A stretch of 64,000 nt of DNA from Candidatus Micrarchaeia archaeon (GTDB taxonomy: Archaea > Micrarchaeota > Micrarchaeia > CABMEP01): NCBI GenBank assembly GCA_038886535.1, contig JAVZXS010000002.1, positions 96,001 to 160,000 of the forward strand, given 5' to 3'. Shown here piece after piece: positions 19,312 to 29,674 of this stretch. Made by a program: the position numbers and the translations under genes. Below the pieces are notes generated by a model. The model made no database searches, was not told the DNA's origin, and worked only from the letters and a program-made list of their open reading frames with translations. Position 1 is the stretch's first letter, and each line of letters begins with the position of its first letter.

Positions 19312-20553
19312 ATGTTGGTCTTTATGACATCCAAATTTTCAAATTATGTTATAATAGGTGCAGGCGGAAAAGGAGAAAGAATGGGCTGCAACAAGCAGCT
19401 TCTTGATCTTAAAGGAAAGCCAGTATTTATAAGAACATTAGAGGCATTCGATTCTCATCCTTTGATAGATGGAATAATTTTAGTAAGGCCAGCTGAATTA
19501 GATAAAGACTTCAAAAAGTTGGTAGAGAAATTCAACATTAAGAAAATCTATGCAGAAGCAGATGCAGGTAAAGAAAGGCAGTATTCGATGTATAACGGTC
19601 TTAAAAAGGTTCCAGAATGCAGCGTTGTTCTTTTCCATAATGGTGCAAATCCATTAGTAACTGAAAGGGAAATAACAGAATGTATCAAAGAAGCATATAA
19701 CCACGGTGCAGCAGTAGTTGCACATCCTGTGAAAGATACTATCAAAAGAGTAAGGGATATGCTTGTTGTTGAAACACTTAGAAGATCCGAATTGTGGGCT
19801 ATGCAGACGCCACAGGGAATAAGATATGATATTGCATTGAGGGCTTATGAAAACCTGATAAACAACAACCTTCAATGCACAGATGACGTGCAGGCAGTAG
19901 AATTGCTAGATCCAACCATTCCTATAAAAATAATTCAGGCGTCTCCACAAAACATTAAGTTGACGACACCAATAGATATTTTAATCGCAGAGAGCTTTTT
20001 GGAAGCAAGAGAAGTAAATTTAAAGAAAGAAAGATATGAAATTGTTTATGGAATAGGAGAGGATTCGCATGAGTTTTTGAATGAATCAGAAAAGATTCAG
20101 GAAGAAAATGAAAGAAAAATAACCAAAAGACTTTTTTTAGGCGGTGCTTTAATCTCAAGTGAAATGGCCTTCAAAGCAAACAGCGACGGAGACGCAGTAC
20201 TTCATGCAATTTCAAGGGCGATTCTTTCTGCAGTAAGCGGCCCATCATTAGATTTCTTCGCTGATGACCTTGCAAAGAAAGGAGAGATAGATAGCAAAAT
20301 ATATCTCAAAGCAATACTTGATTATGCAAAAGAAAGAGGATATACTGTAAAAGAGGCAAGAATAGTAATTGAGGCAGGAAAGCCAAAATTAATGTATCAT
20401 ATAGAAAAGATCAAGGAAAGCATAGCAGAGCTGCTCGAGATAGATAAAGAAAATGTTGGTTTGGCTGTTCATTCTGGAGAAAAACTTTCATTTTTTGGAC
20501 ACGGAAAGGGATTGAGGGCGTTTGCATTTGTTTCAATGAAAAAGAAACTTTGA
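19312..20553 (+). CDS. ispDF: bifunctional IspD-IspF (MEP cytidylyltransferase / MEcPP synthase)
   Basis: IspD: AGGKGERMG.NKQ, RQYSMYNGL, PVKDTIK, LWAMQTPQ, TDD, NIKLTTPID. IspF: GIGEDSH, LFLGG, NSDGDAVLHA, SGEKLSFFG.G.G. Confidence 0.88.
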   Translation: MLVFMTSKFSNYVIIGAGGKGERMGCNKQLLDLKGKPVFIRTLEAFDSHPLIDGIILVRPAELDKDFKKLVEKFNIKKIYAEADAGKERQYSMYNGLKKVPECSVVLFHNGANPLVTEREITECIKEAYNHGAAVVAHPVKDTIKRVRDMLVVETLRRSELWAMQTPQGIRYDIALRAYENLINNNLQCTDDVQAVELLDPTIPIKIIQASPQNIKLTTPIDILIAESFLEAREVNLKKERYEIVYGIGEDSHEFLNESEKIQEENERKITKRLFLGGALISSEMAFKANSDGDAVLHAISRAILSAVSGPSLDFFADDLAKKGEIDSKIYLKAILDYAKERGYTVKEARIVIEAGKPKLMYHIEKIKESIAELLEIDKENVGLAVHSGEKLSFFGHGKGLRAFAFVSMKKKL

Positions 20554-20588
20554 TCTACTACTTTATTCAGCAAGATTACTTAGAATTG

Positions 20589-22421
20589 TTATCTAGCTCC
20601 ACCTCCACCACCTCCGCCGCCTCCACCAGCGCCAAATCCTCCCCGCGATGCTCCCTTTGCAAGAAGATTTATAAAAGACGCTTTTATCAAAAGGATATTC
20701 AAAAAGAAAAGCGAAGAATTTATTAATACATACATTTCTAGTAGAGAAAGATGGTGATCAGGTTCTACAATTTTAATCGCCTTTATTACTTTTTCCTGTA
20801 TTCCGAATGCAGTCGCATAGACTAGGTGCTTATCCCAAAATACAATTTCTTTTAACTCTTTTTCCCCTAATAGTGTCAGATCCTCCATGAATCTGCGATA
20901 CCTTAATATCTTTTCATGCCTTATCCTTCCTTTTTTAGACCATCGTCCTAGTATCTCAGGTCTGAGTGTAAGAAAAACCATTAAAACAGCATAGAATAGC
21001 CAAGAAGCAAGTAAACAAACAAAGAAAAGAGAGTAGTTGTTCTTTAAATCAAAAATGTAAAAACTAACAAGTCCTATTATAAACCAGATAACGAATGAGA
21101 TATTCATGATCTTGTTGCCTTTGAAATTCAAATATCTTTTGCTTTTTATTATTTCAAAAGATTGTTTAGATACGTTATCTATCAAATTTAAAAGATCAAA
21201 TTCGTATTCGCTTGTAAAAAAAGAAGAAAACAACCCATTCTCTTTGTGATACTTAATATCAAATGAGAATTTACCATCCTTTAGATTTCTTTTTATAAAA
21301 CTAAAGATTGTTTTTTGAACATCTGAAAGATTAGTTATGTCTTTGTCTTCAACAGGTATAAGAAATATTTTCTTTGTTTTTCCAAAAAGCGAGTTTTCTT
21401 CCTCTTCTTTCAGTTTTAAATAACCAAGTCTGATCAATTCCATTATTTCAGCTGTTATGATTCTATTTACAAGTCCAGAATCCATATCTGATGAATAGTT
21501 TGGCCTTAAAAGAAGCGCAGCTTCCGAAGGGGTTATGTCCTTTCCTATATCTGAAATATCTCTTATATATGGTGGAAGAGACTGGACTTCGGGATCTTCT
21601 CTTTCTTTTCCATAGACAAAGTATAAATAAACAAACATTAAGAAAGGAAAGAGCAGGAATAATGCTGCAATTATCTTTAATAATTGGGTTTCATCTAACC
21701 ACCTTAATATTTTGTCTTCAAATCGATTTCCGGTTAGATAGTCATTCTCTCCTTTTATAATCTGTTCTTTTGTCATAACGATAAATGGTTTACGTAATTT
21801 AGAGAACCATTCTTTTGGCATGAGTAAGTTGATCTCATAGTAGCTTTTTGATGGATAGTTGAATGCGATTATTTCAATCTGATTCTCTTTTATATTGATC
21901 TGGCTTTCAGTGAAGTTATGGGTGTAAAAAACAGTTTCAGATACAGGACCTGGGAGAACTATTTTGATATTAAGTTTTCCTATTTCTTTAGGCCATTCAT
22001 CATACCAAATCTTATAAAAAAACTGTGCTGTATCTTTCTGTTCTAATATCTCTTCAGGGAGAGTATAATCAAAAATAGCAGTGTAGGTCCCACTCCTAAA
22101 TCCTTCATCTTTCCTAAGGACCATCTCATATCTTCCAATACCTAAATTTGTATAAAATCTGCAATTTGTTTCCACACATCTTCCAGATTCATTTTTAATA
22201 TTCAATAATAAAGGATGCCAGGTGTATAGCTCATGATAGCAATTGTAAGGGGTGCAGTAGAGATAGAACGTGATCTCTTCGTGTACATTAATCGTTCCAT
22301 CACTGTTCAATTTATAAATAACAAATGCAGTCGGATTACTATATGTTTGTGCATAAACAATAGGCAATATTAGAAAAATTAAGAGAACAAACTCAATCTC
22401 TAATTTTTGGCGATTATCCAT
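20589..22421 (-). CDS. DUF2207-family membrane protein
   Basis: Signal peptide, DGTINVHEEIT, TM helices, WDKHLVYATAFGI, Gly-rich tail GGFGAGGGGGGGGGAR. Confidence 0.9.
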   Translation of the reverse strand: MDNRQKLEIEFVLLIFLILPIVYAQTYSNPTAFVIYKLNSDGTINVHEEITFYLYCTPYNCYHELYTWHPLLLNIKNESGRCVETNCRFYTNLGIGRYEMVLRKDEGFRSGTYTAIFDYTLPEEILEQKDTAQFFYKIWYDEWPKEIGKLNIKIVLPGPVSETVFYTHNFTESQINIKENQIEIIAFNYPSKSYYEINLLMPKEWFSKLRKPFIVMTKEQIIKGENDYLTGNRFEDKILRWLDETQLLKIIAALFLLFPFLMFVYLYFVYGKEREDPEVQSLPPYIRDISDIGKDITPSEAALLLRPNYSSDMDSGLVNRIITAEIMELIRLGYLKLKEEEENSLFGKTKKIFLIPVEDKDITNLSDVQKTIFSFIKRNLKDGKFSFDIKYHKENGLFSSFFTSEYEFDLLNLIDNVSKQSFEIIKSKRYLNFKGNKIMNISFVIWFIIGLVSFYIFDLKNNYSLFFVCLLASWLFYAVLMVFLTLRPEILGRWSKKGRIRHEKILRYRRFMEDLTLLGEKELKEIVFWDKHLVYATAFGIQEKVIKAIKIVEPDHHLSLLEMYVLINSSLFFLNILLIKASFINLLAKGASRGGFGAGGGGGGGGGGAR

Positions 22422-22522
22422 GTGTTCACATCAAACTTCTAATGGAGCATCTTTTAGACGATTAGAGCATAGATTTTTTTATACGATTAAATTTAAAACC
22501 ATTATTATCAATTATTTTCAGG

Positions 22523-22967
22523 TTGCTTTGGATATGGACAGATTCAAAAATCACTGCGCTCTCTTATATTTTCCAAGGGTTTAACATATGGTTTATAAAC
22601 CAGGTAATATCAATTGCCCGCACTATTGGAAATATCGCTGAATCTACAAAAAGCAAACGAATAGTCAGAAATACAATAGATATCATTATGAAATATAAAG
22701 AAAACCAGAAACAGCAGAATTGATCGCCCTTAGTCTTAAAAGCATTTTCGAACACACAAATAGCAAAGAGGCAGACTTAAATTTAACAAAACTAATTTTG
22801 GAATCTGAAACAATAAAATCAGAAGATCCATCGCATTCGCTCTTGAAAAGATTGCATACCATACAGATAGTAAAGAAGCAGTCTTGGATGCAATAGAAGA
22901 TATTAAAGATACACAACTGCAAATCGCGATTAATGATCAAATCGCGATTAATCATCTTTACTTTTAG
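22523..22967 (+). pseudogene. frameshifted remnant of a helical-repeat protein
   Basis: Three similar peptides in successive frames: IARTIGNIAESTKSKRIV, IALSLKSIFEHTNSKEA, IAFALEKIAYHTDSKEAV. Confidence 0.5.
22920..22955. repeat. 18-bp tandem duplication containing the palindrome ATCGCGAT
   Basis: CAAATCGCGATTAATGAT CAAATCGCGATTAATCAT (17/18 identical). Confidence 0.9.
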
Positions 22968-23065
22968 AGAGATCAATTATCTGCTAGAATGTGATGGATT
23001 CTTACGAATATAGAAATATTTAATAAATTTAATACCCATATTCATATGCTTATTATAGTGAGCTT

Positions 23066-26000
23066 ATGGCGACCATACATGAAATCACATTGCGCAACTT
23101 CAAGTCATTCAAGGCAGTGAAGATTCCATTGACAAAAGGTTTCAATGCAATAATAGGTCCAAATGGATCAGGAAAATGCATAGTTGGAGAATCGGAAGTT
23201 CTTCTTGCAGACGGTACAATATCTAAAATCGAAGACTTAGTGGAATCAGCCCTCCTAAAAGACTGTCAGCTCATGAGCGACGGAATGTTTACAACCTACA
23301 ATCCTTCAAATATTGAGGTATTGTCTCTCAATCCTATTACTTTAAAGGAAGAACCCAGAAGAGTGAGTGCATTTATCAAACGCAAGTCTCCAGATAAACT
23401 TTATAAAATCAAAACAAAATTAGGAAAAGAATTAACTGCTACAGGTTATCATCCACTTTTTACAATAAAAAATGGAATGCTGGTTTCAGTAAATGCAGAT
23501 GAACTACATGTAGGCATGCCTATAGCAGTTCCTAGAAAGATTGATACTTATTGTACACATATAAGTCCCCTCTTAGAGCTTGCAAAAAAAGATTCTGATG
23601 TTTATTTCAGTGATTCAAATAAAAAATTGAGAATGAAACTTAGAATGTATAAGAGAGTAAAGAAACTGAAATGGAAAGAAATCGCAGAATCTGCTGACAT
23701 TCCTCTACAAGCATTAATTTCTTTTGTAGGTAACCAACCAATAAAACTAAAATTCGCTTATAAGCTAGCTAAAAGCATAGGATTTAGTGACGAAGATATG
23801 ATTCATCTTTTTGACAAGTTAAAAGGAAGAGGCAAACTTAAATACGTAAAAATCCCCTCCGTACTTGATGAACGTCTTGCAAGATTCTTAGGTTATGTAA
23901 TATCTGAAGGAAGAGTCGTAAGTAACGAGATATTTTTCTTCAATGATTCAGATGAATTAATAAACGACTTCAAATCAATTACGAAAGAATTATTTGACTG
24001 TGAAAGTGTGGAATGTGTTTATAAAGACAGAAGATTTCTAATCCTGCCATCTTCTGTTATAGTTCAGATGCTAAAGCATGTTTTTGACGTAACTCCATTC
24101 TCTCACTCTTCAAAGAAAGAAGTTCCTAAAATCCTATTCAAGGCAGACAAGAAAGTAATATCTGCATTTATTGGAGCATTATACGATGGAGACGGCTATT
24201 TCACAGCAAAAGAAAGCAACAGGTTTAGTATAGAATACGATACTGCAAGTAAGCAGTTTGCTAAAGAGCTTAGTCTTTTACTTTTGAATTTTGGCATCAT
24301 TTCAAAAATTAATTCTTCATATAAAAAAGCAACTAATTCTTCAAAAGGAATAAAGAGAATTTATTACAGAGTTTCAATCAGCGGCTTGGAGAATATTCGG
24401 AACTTTGCAAAAAACATCTTTCCAAAAATAGATTATAAATATAAAGCATTGGTTGGAATGAGGGATTCCAACAAATCACCCGGAAACAACGTAGATCTGA
24501 TCCCCAACATCAACGAAACGATAATCCATGCACTTCGCGATGCAGGATTTACAGATAGAAAATTAAAACAGATCAAGCCGAGCAAGATACGTGCTTATTT
24601 TGAAGATAGATGCTATCCTACCAGAGATGGATTGGTACAATTAGTCAAGATTCTGCCAAATTCAAATCTTAGGAGTCAGTTATCGTTGCTTTCTGATTCA
24701 GATGTCTTTTGGGATGTAATAACCTCTATTGAAGAAGTAAAGGGAAGGGAATGGGTTTATGATCTTGCTGTAGAAGAGACGCACAACTTCATTGCAGAGG
24801 GAATATTTGTACACAATAGCAACATTTGTGATGCGATACGTTTTCTATTCGGAGAAACAAGTCTTTCAGCATTAAGAGCAAGATCTGTAAACGATTTAAT
24901 TTATGGTGGCGGAGAAAAGGCTTCAATCGCAATGAAGATTACAGATGTTAAGAATAAAGATATTCTTAAGGATAATAATGGAAACGGGACGATAGAAATC
25001 GTAAGGAAATTAAAGAAGAATGGTGGTACTGCATACTGGTTGAATGGAAAGAAAACAACAAAGAGTGTAGTCATGGACTTTCTTGCTTCTGAAGGTTTAG
25101 AAGTAAGTTCTCATAATGTTATTGCTCAAGGTGAAGTTGATAAGATAGTCAGGTTCACAGCAAAGCAAAGAAGAGAAGTAATAGATGAGATTGCAGGTGT
25201 TGCAGAATATGAAGAAAAGAAAAAAGAAGCAATGAGTGAACTCAGCAAAGTTGATCAAAGATTAAATGAGGCAGCAGTTGTAATGAATGAAAGGGAAGGA
25301 ATACTACAAGAGCTGGAAAAAGAAAAAGACGCAGCCTTGAAATACATGGCTTTAAAAGAGGAACAAAGAAGATTGAAAGGAACCATTATACTAAATCAGT
25401 ATTTAAAACAAGAAAAGGAATTTGAAAACACAGTAAAGAAGCTTACTGAGATTGAAAAGCAATTCGCAGAAATAGAACAACAAATGCAGGAATTCCAGAA
25501 AAAGCTCCAGATGCTCGAAGCAAATAAGGCAGATATTGCAAACAAGATTGCATCTAAAGACCAAAGAAATATTTATGCAGAAGTAGATGAGCTTAGAAAT
25601 AAGAAGATGCTTAATGAATCTCTTATCTTTGAGAAGGATGCAAACCTGCAAAGACTTGATTCAGAGATTGCAAAACTAACCCAAGAAATGATCGAGATTG
25701 AATCAAAGCTGTCTAAATTTACGGGTTCTAAGAGAGCAGCGGCAACAAGGGCAGTTGAATTAAAGAAGCTTATCGACAGCTTGAATGAACAGAAGAAAAA
25801 AGTAGCTGCAGAATGGGAGGAAAAAAGAAAGAACTTCGGTCTTTTCGATGTTAAATTTGATGAGCTTAGAAAGAAGGAGATAAAGCTTAAGGAAGAAATT
25901 GCAAAATTAAATGCGAAACTAGATGTTTCCTCAGGCAACAAAGATGAAAAGAAGATGGTAAACGAATTGAAAGAAATAAAGACAGCAATAGAAAGAAATA

Positions 26001-28078
26001 ACGCAGAGCTCGAAAGACTTTTCAAGAAAGAAAAGGAGTTGAATTCTATAATTAGGGAATTGGATTCCAAGATCCTAGAGTTAAAGGAAGAGATTGCAGC
26101 TGCAAGAGGTTCAGGAAATGCAATCCCGCAATCCATTTCATTCATACTTAGTCTAAAAGATGAGATACCTGGAATATATGGAACAGTTGCAGAACTCTAT
26201 GATGTTGATAAGAAGTTTTCAATTGCAACTGAGGCAGCAGCAGGACAAAGATTATTCCATATAGTGGTTCAGGACATGGACACAGCTACCAAGATAATCA
26301 AAAGAATGAAGCAAAGCAATGTTGGAAGGGCTACGTTCATACCTTTAGATGTTAAGACTCCTGAAAAAGGATCAGAGGAAAAAGGAACATTAGGTTCAAT
26401 AATAAACTTGATAAAATTCGACAAAAAGTTTGCCAATGTGTTTCTTTATGTTTTTGGAAACACGCACATAGTAAATTCAGTTGACGACTTCAAGTCCCAT
26501 CCGGGACTTAGAATGGTAACTTTAGATGGAGACATTGCAGAAACATCGGGAGTTGTCTCTGGTGGTACCTCTATAAAAAGATCGCTTAGAGATTCATTGA
26601 AATCTAACCAAATAGAGAAGGAATTAAACGAACTAAAAACCACGAGAGAAAGCTATATATCTCAATTGTATAATCTTAATGAACAGATGGCAATATTAAG
26701 GAAGCAGATTGCAAAGGATGAGATAAGAAAGAAAGAGATAGAAATAGAAATGGGGGCTGTTTCTAACGAGGATCTTTCAGAGATAAAAAGACTACTTTCA
26801 GAAAAGGAACTAGATCTGCAAGAGCTTGAAAGAGAAGTATTAAACTTAGAAGGTGAAAAGGCAAGGATAAGAATTGCAATCGAACAGGGAGAAGGCGAAA
26901 AAGAAATATCAAGATTGGATAATGAAATAATGCAGTATTCAAATGAATTATCTGCCCTTGAAGAAAAGCTAAAAAGTCAGGATTCAATAATTCTTGAAGA
27001 AAGATTGTCTGCTGTGAAATCATCGATAGAAAAATTGACTGCAGAAAGAGAAGAAGTGAAGAAAGCGATAAATGAACTGAATTCAAAACTAAAACAGATT
27101 ACCAAGCAATTAGAAGTAAAAGAGGAGAAGATAAAAGATGCAAGCAAGGAATTAGAAAAGCTGTATGCGGAAAGTAAGGTAATTCAGGATGAAATGGATC
27201 TTATTAATCAGGAAAGAGGAAAATTGATCAGGAGACAGGAAAGGTTGAAAGAGGATAAAATAAGATTAGAGGTTTCAAAAGAAACGCTTCAAACAAGACT
27301 TGCAGATTTGAAGGTTGAAGCCGACCAATATAAAGATGTAGAGCCATTAAACATGAAGAAAGAAGAACTTGAAAAGAGATTAGGAGAAGTTGAGTTAGAA
27401 CTCAACGGAATGGGTTCTGTCAATCTAAAGGCTCCAGAAACATATAAAGAAAAGTATGAAGAATTCAAGGTGATAAAAGAAAAGGTGGAGATCTTATCAA
27501 ATGAAAAGAATTCTATACTTAGTATGATAGAGGAAATAGAGAAGAGAAAGAAAGAGATATTTATGGCAACATTTGTGGAAGTCAACAAACACTTCCAGAA
27601 AATGGCACTTTCTTTATTCGGAAACGAAGCTACGCTTGCTCTTGAAAATGAAGCAAATCCATTCGAGGGAGGTTTGCATATAATCATGAAGGTAGGAAAG
27701 AAACAACGCCATATAGAAGGAATGTCTGGAGGTGAAAAATCCCTCCTTACCATTGCATTTGTTTTTGCAATCCATATGTACAAGCCATCTAAGTTTTACA
27801 TACTTGATGAAGTGGATGCTGCATTAGACAAGGAAAATAGCAAGAGATTTGCCGAGCTTGTTAAATCACTTTCAAAAGATACTCAATTCATTGTAGTTTC
27901 CCATAATGATGCAGTTATTACAAGTGCTGATACTGCACTAGGTGTAGCAAAGACCAGATTAGGTTCAAAGATATTGAGTATAAAGCTAGTTCCAGATTCA
28001 GGCTCAGATTCTCCAAAAATAGTTTCTGAAGAGATCTCTCCTGCTGAGGAAGAACAGGAAGATGAGGATGATGAGTGA
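23066..28078 (+). CDS. smc: chromosome segregation protein SMC (intein-containing)
   Basis: NFKSF, GPNGSGK|intein|SNICDAI, QG, hinge GRATFIPL...VTLDG...GVVSGG, MSGGEKS, LDEVDAALD, QFIVVSH. Confidence 0.97.
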   Translation: MATIHEITLRNFKSFKAVKIPLTKGFNAIIGPNGSGKCIVGESEVLLADGTISKIEDLVESALLKDCQLMSDGMFTTYNPSNIEVLSLNPITLKEEPRRVSAFIKRKSPDKLYKIKTKLGKELTATGYHPLFTIKNGMLVSVNADELHVGMPIAVPRKIDTYCTHISPLLELAKKDSDVYFSDSNKKLRMKLRMYKRVKKLKWKEIAESADIPLQALISFVGNQPIKLKFAYKLAKSIGFSDEDMIHLFDKLKGRGKLKYVKIPSVLDERLARFLGYVISEGRVVSNEIFFFNDSDELINDFKSITKELFDCESVECVYKDRRFLILPSSVIVQMLKHVFDVTPFSHSSKKEVPKILFKADKKVISAFIGALYDGDGYFTAKESNRFSIEYDTASKQFAKELSLLLLNFGIISKINSSYKKATNSSKGIKRIYYRVSISGLENIRNFAKNIFPKIDYKYKALVGMRDSNKSPGNNVDLIPNINETIIHALRDAGFTDRKLKQIKPSKIRAYFEDRCYPTRDGLVQLVKILPNSNLRSQLSLLSDSDVFWDVITSIEEVKGREWVYDLAVEETHNFIAEGIFVHNSNICDAIRFLFGETSLSALRARSVNDLIYGGGEKASIAMKITDVKNKDILKDNNGNGTIEIVRKLKKNGGTAYWLNGKKTTKSVVMDFLASEGLEVSSHNVIAQGEVDKIVRFTAKQRREVIDEIAGVAEYEEKKKEAMSELSKVDQRLNEAAVVMNEREGILQELEKEKDAALKYMALKEEQRRLKGTIILNQYLKQEKEFENTVKKLTEIEKQFAEIEQQMQEFQKKLQMLEANKADIANKIASKDQRNIYAEVDELRNKKMLNESLIFEKDANLQRLDSEIAKLTQEMIEIESKLSKFTGSKRAAATRAVELKKLIDSLNEQKKKVAAEWEEKRKNFGLFDVKFDELRKKEIKLKEEIAKLNAKLDVSSGNKDEKKMVNELKEIKTAIERNNAELERLFKKEKELNSIIRELDSKILELKEEIAAARGSGNAIPQSISFILSLKDEIPGIYGTVAELYDVDKKFSIATEAAAGQRLFHIVVQDMDTATKIIKRMKQSNVGRATFIPLDVKTPEKGSEEKGTLGSIINLIKFDKKFANVFLYVFGNTHIVNSVDDFKSHPGLRMVTLDGDIAETSGVVSGGTSIKRSLRDSLKSNQIEKELNELKTTRESYISQLYNLNEQMAILRKQIAKDEIRKKEIEIEMGAVSNEDLSEIKRLLSEKELDLQELEREVLNLEGEKARIRIAIEQGEGEKEISRLDNEIMQYSNELSALEEKLKSQDSIILEERLSAVKSSIEKLTAEREEVKKAINELNSKLKQITKQLEVKEEKIKDASKELEKLYAESKVIQDEMDLINQERGKLIRRQERLKEDKIRLEVSKETLQTRLADLKVEADQYKDVEPLNMKKEELEKRLGEVELELNGMGSVNLKAPETYKEKYEEFKVIKEKVEILSNEKNSILSMIEEIEKRKKEIFMATFVEVNKHFQKMALSLFGNEATLALENEANPFEGGLHIIMKVGKKQRHIEGMSGGEKSLLTIAFVFAIHMYKPSKFYILDEVDAALDKENSKRFAELVKSLSKDTQFIVVSHNDAVITSADTALGVAKTRLGSKILSIKLVPDSGSDSPKIVSEEISPAEEEQEDEDDE
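23177..24817 (+). mobile_element. intein with LAGLIDADG homing endonuclease (547 aa) in the SMC Walker A motif
   Basis: N-terminal CIVG, block B TATGYHP, LARFLGYVISEG and AFIGALYDGDG, block F VYDLAV, C-terminal HN followed by Ser (+1). Confidence 0.95.
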
Positions 28079-28152
28079 TCATCAGAACATTTACTTCGTA
28101 ATTAAGCAAAGCATAGATTAAAATTAATTTTTGTCTAATTATTTTTGATTTG

Positions 28153-29121
28153 ATGAAACCTATCATTGTGGGAGTAGATCCAGGAACGTATATAGGAATT
28201 GCAATATTTGATCTTAACGCGAATCTTATACACAGTTCAACTATAACTGATAAAGGAAAGGAAGTAGTAGTCAGTGAGATTTCAAAGTATGGCAATCCTA
28301 TAGTTGTAGCTTCGGATGTAAATCCACCTCCACAATTAGTTACTCAGATTGCATCTTATTTTAATGCAAGACTCTACTATCCAAAAGCAACAATTAGTGA
28401 CATTTCTAAGACAATCGAAACAGTTAATTATAAATTTAGTTCAGTTCACGAAAGAGATGCAATCATAGCCGTTTTATCTTTTTTTAAAGAGAATGCAAAC
28501 AAATTAAGGTGGATAGAACGAACTCTTAGGGATAAAGGTCTTTCAAAAATTGAAGAGGACGTTAAGCGATATGCATTAAGCGGAATGAGAGTGTATGACG
28601 CAATAAAAGCATTAGTTCCTGTTGACGATGAATATAAAAAGATAATAGAATATGCGAAAACACTTCCAGAAGCGCCAACTGTAATAAAGACTACAGAAAG
28701 AAGAGAAAGCGATAGAGACACTATAATAGGACTGCTTGAGTCAAACATACGTCTAAAGGCAAGGCTTTCTGTTCTTGAGGAAGAGATAAAGTCTCTTAAG
28801 AAGGAAAAAAGCGAAGGTATTGATAAAACTACTAAGTCTTTGCTATTTTCAAAAGAGATGCGAATTAGGAGATTAAAGAGAATTATAAAGATGAAAAACA
28901 ACAAGATTAAACATTTATATAAGATAATCGACTCTATGAAAGGAAAAGAAGCAAAAAGCAATGAGAAAAATGATACAGTTTTATCAAGCAATGCTCATTC
29001 CAATCAAGAATCTAAAACTAATACCGTACCCGAACAAGAGAAAGATTTAAAAAATGAAGACATAACTTTATCTATAGAAAAGATAGTCAAGGAATACAGG
29101 CAATCCAGGTTTAAGGATTAG
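28153..29121 (+). CDS. DUF460-domain protein (RNase H-like fold plus coiled coil)
   Basis: [26 protein letters not shown]. Confidence 0.85.
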   Translation: MKPIIVGVDPGTYIGIAIFDLNANLIHSSTITDKGKEVVVSEISKYGNPIVVASDVNPPPQLVTQIASYFNARLYYPKATISDISKTIETVNYKFSSVHERDAIIAVLSFFKENANKLRWIERTLRDKGLSKIEEDVKRYALSGMRVYDAIKALVPVDDEYKKIIEYAKTLPEAPTVIKTTERRESDRDTIIGLLESNIRLKARLSVLEEEIKSLKKEKSEGIDKTTKSLLFSKEMRIRRLKRIIKMKNNKIKHLYKIIDSMKGKEAKSNEKNDTVLSSNAHSNQESKTNTVPEQEKDLKNEDITLSIEKIVKEYRQSRFKD

Positions 29122-29161
29122 CTTCCTTGATTATTGTCTAAAAGCAACAAAGAGTGATATT

Positions 29162-29545
29162 ATGGTAGAAGAGAGAGCAAAAGAATTTGAAGAAACAGAG
29201 GAAATGACAGCTGAACAAAGAGCACCTTCAGGTCAGCCGGCGCAGCCAACAGGTAACGTAGTGTATGTAAGCAAAAAAGGAGTTATGGCTTACGTACTTG
29301 CAGTAGTTACTCAATTCAATGCAGGCGCAAAGGAAGTAACCCTGAAGGCAAGAGGAAAAGTGATCTCAAGAGCTGTAGATGCTGCAGAAATAGTAAAGAA
29401 CAAATTCCTCCAGGATGTTTCAATCAAGAGCATAAGAACATCTACCGAGGATATGAAGACCGCATCTGGAGCTCCTACAAAGGTTTCTACAATAGAGATT
29501 GTTTTAGCAAGAAACCCAGGCAGCAGCGCAGAATTAAAACTCTAA
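29162..29545 (+). CDS. albA: DNA/RNA-binding protein Alba
   Basis: [34 protein letters not shown]; acidic N-terminal extension. Confidence 0.95.
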   Translation: MVEERAKEFEETEEMTAEQRAPSGQPAQPTGNVVYVSKKGVMAYVLAVVTQFNAGAKEVTLKARGKVISRAVDAAEIVKNKFLQDVSIKSIRTSTEDMKTASGAPTKVSTIEIVLARNPGSSAELKL

Positions 29546-29674
29546 ATTTTCTTTTTTTTAGTTTTATGTTTTTATTTTTTGTCTTTCATAATTTTATATT
29601 TCAATAATATTTATTGTTTGTATGCAAAGTTATACTCATATAATGTAAATTCAAAAAACAAAAGAAGTGAGTTT

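Noticed and set aside
22432..22470. Possible LemA C-terminal remnant upstream of the DUF2207 gene
   Set aside because: Only about nine codons (RLKDAPLEV*), too short to support.
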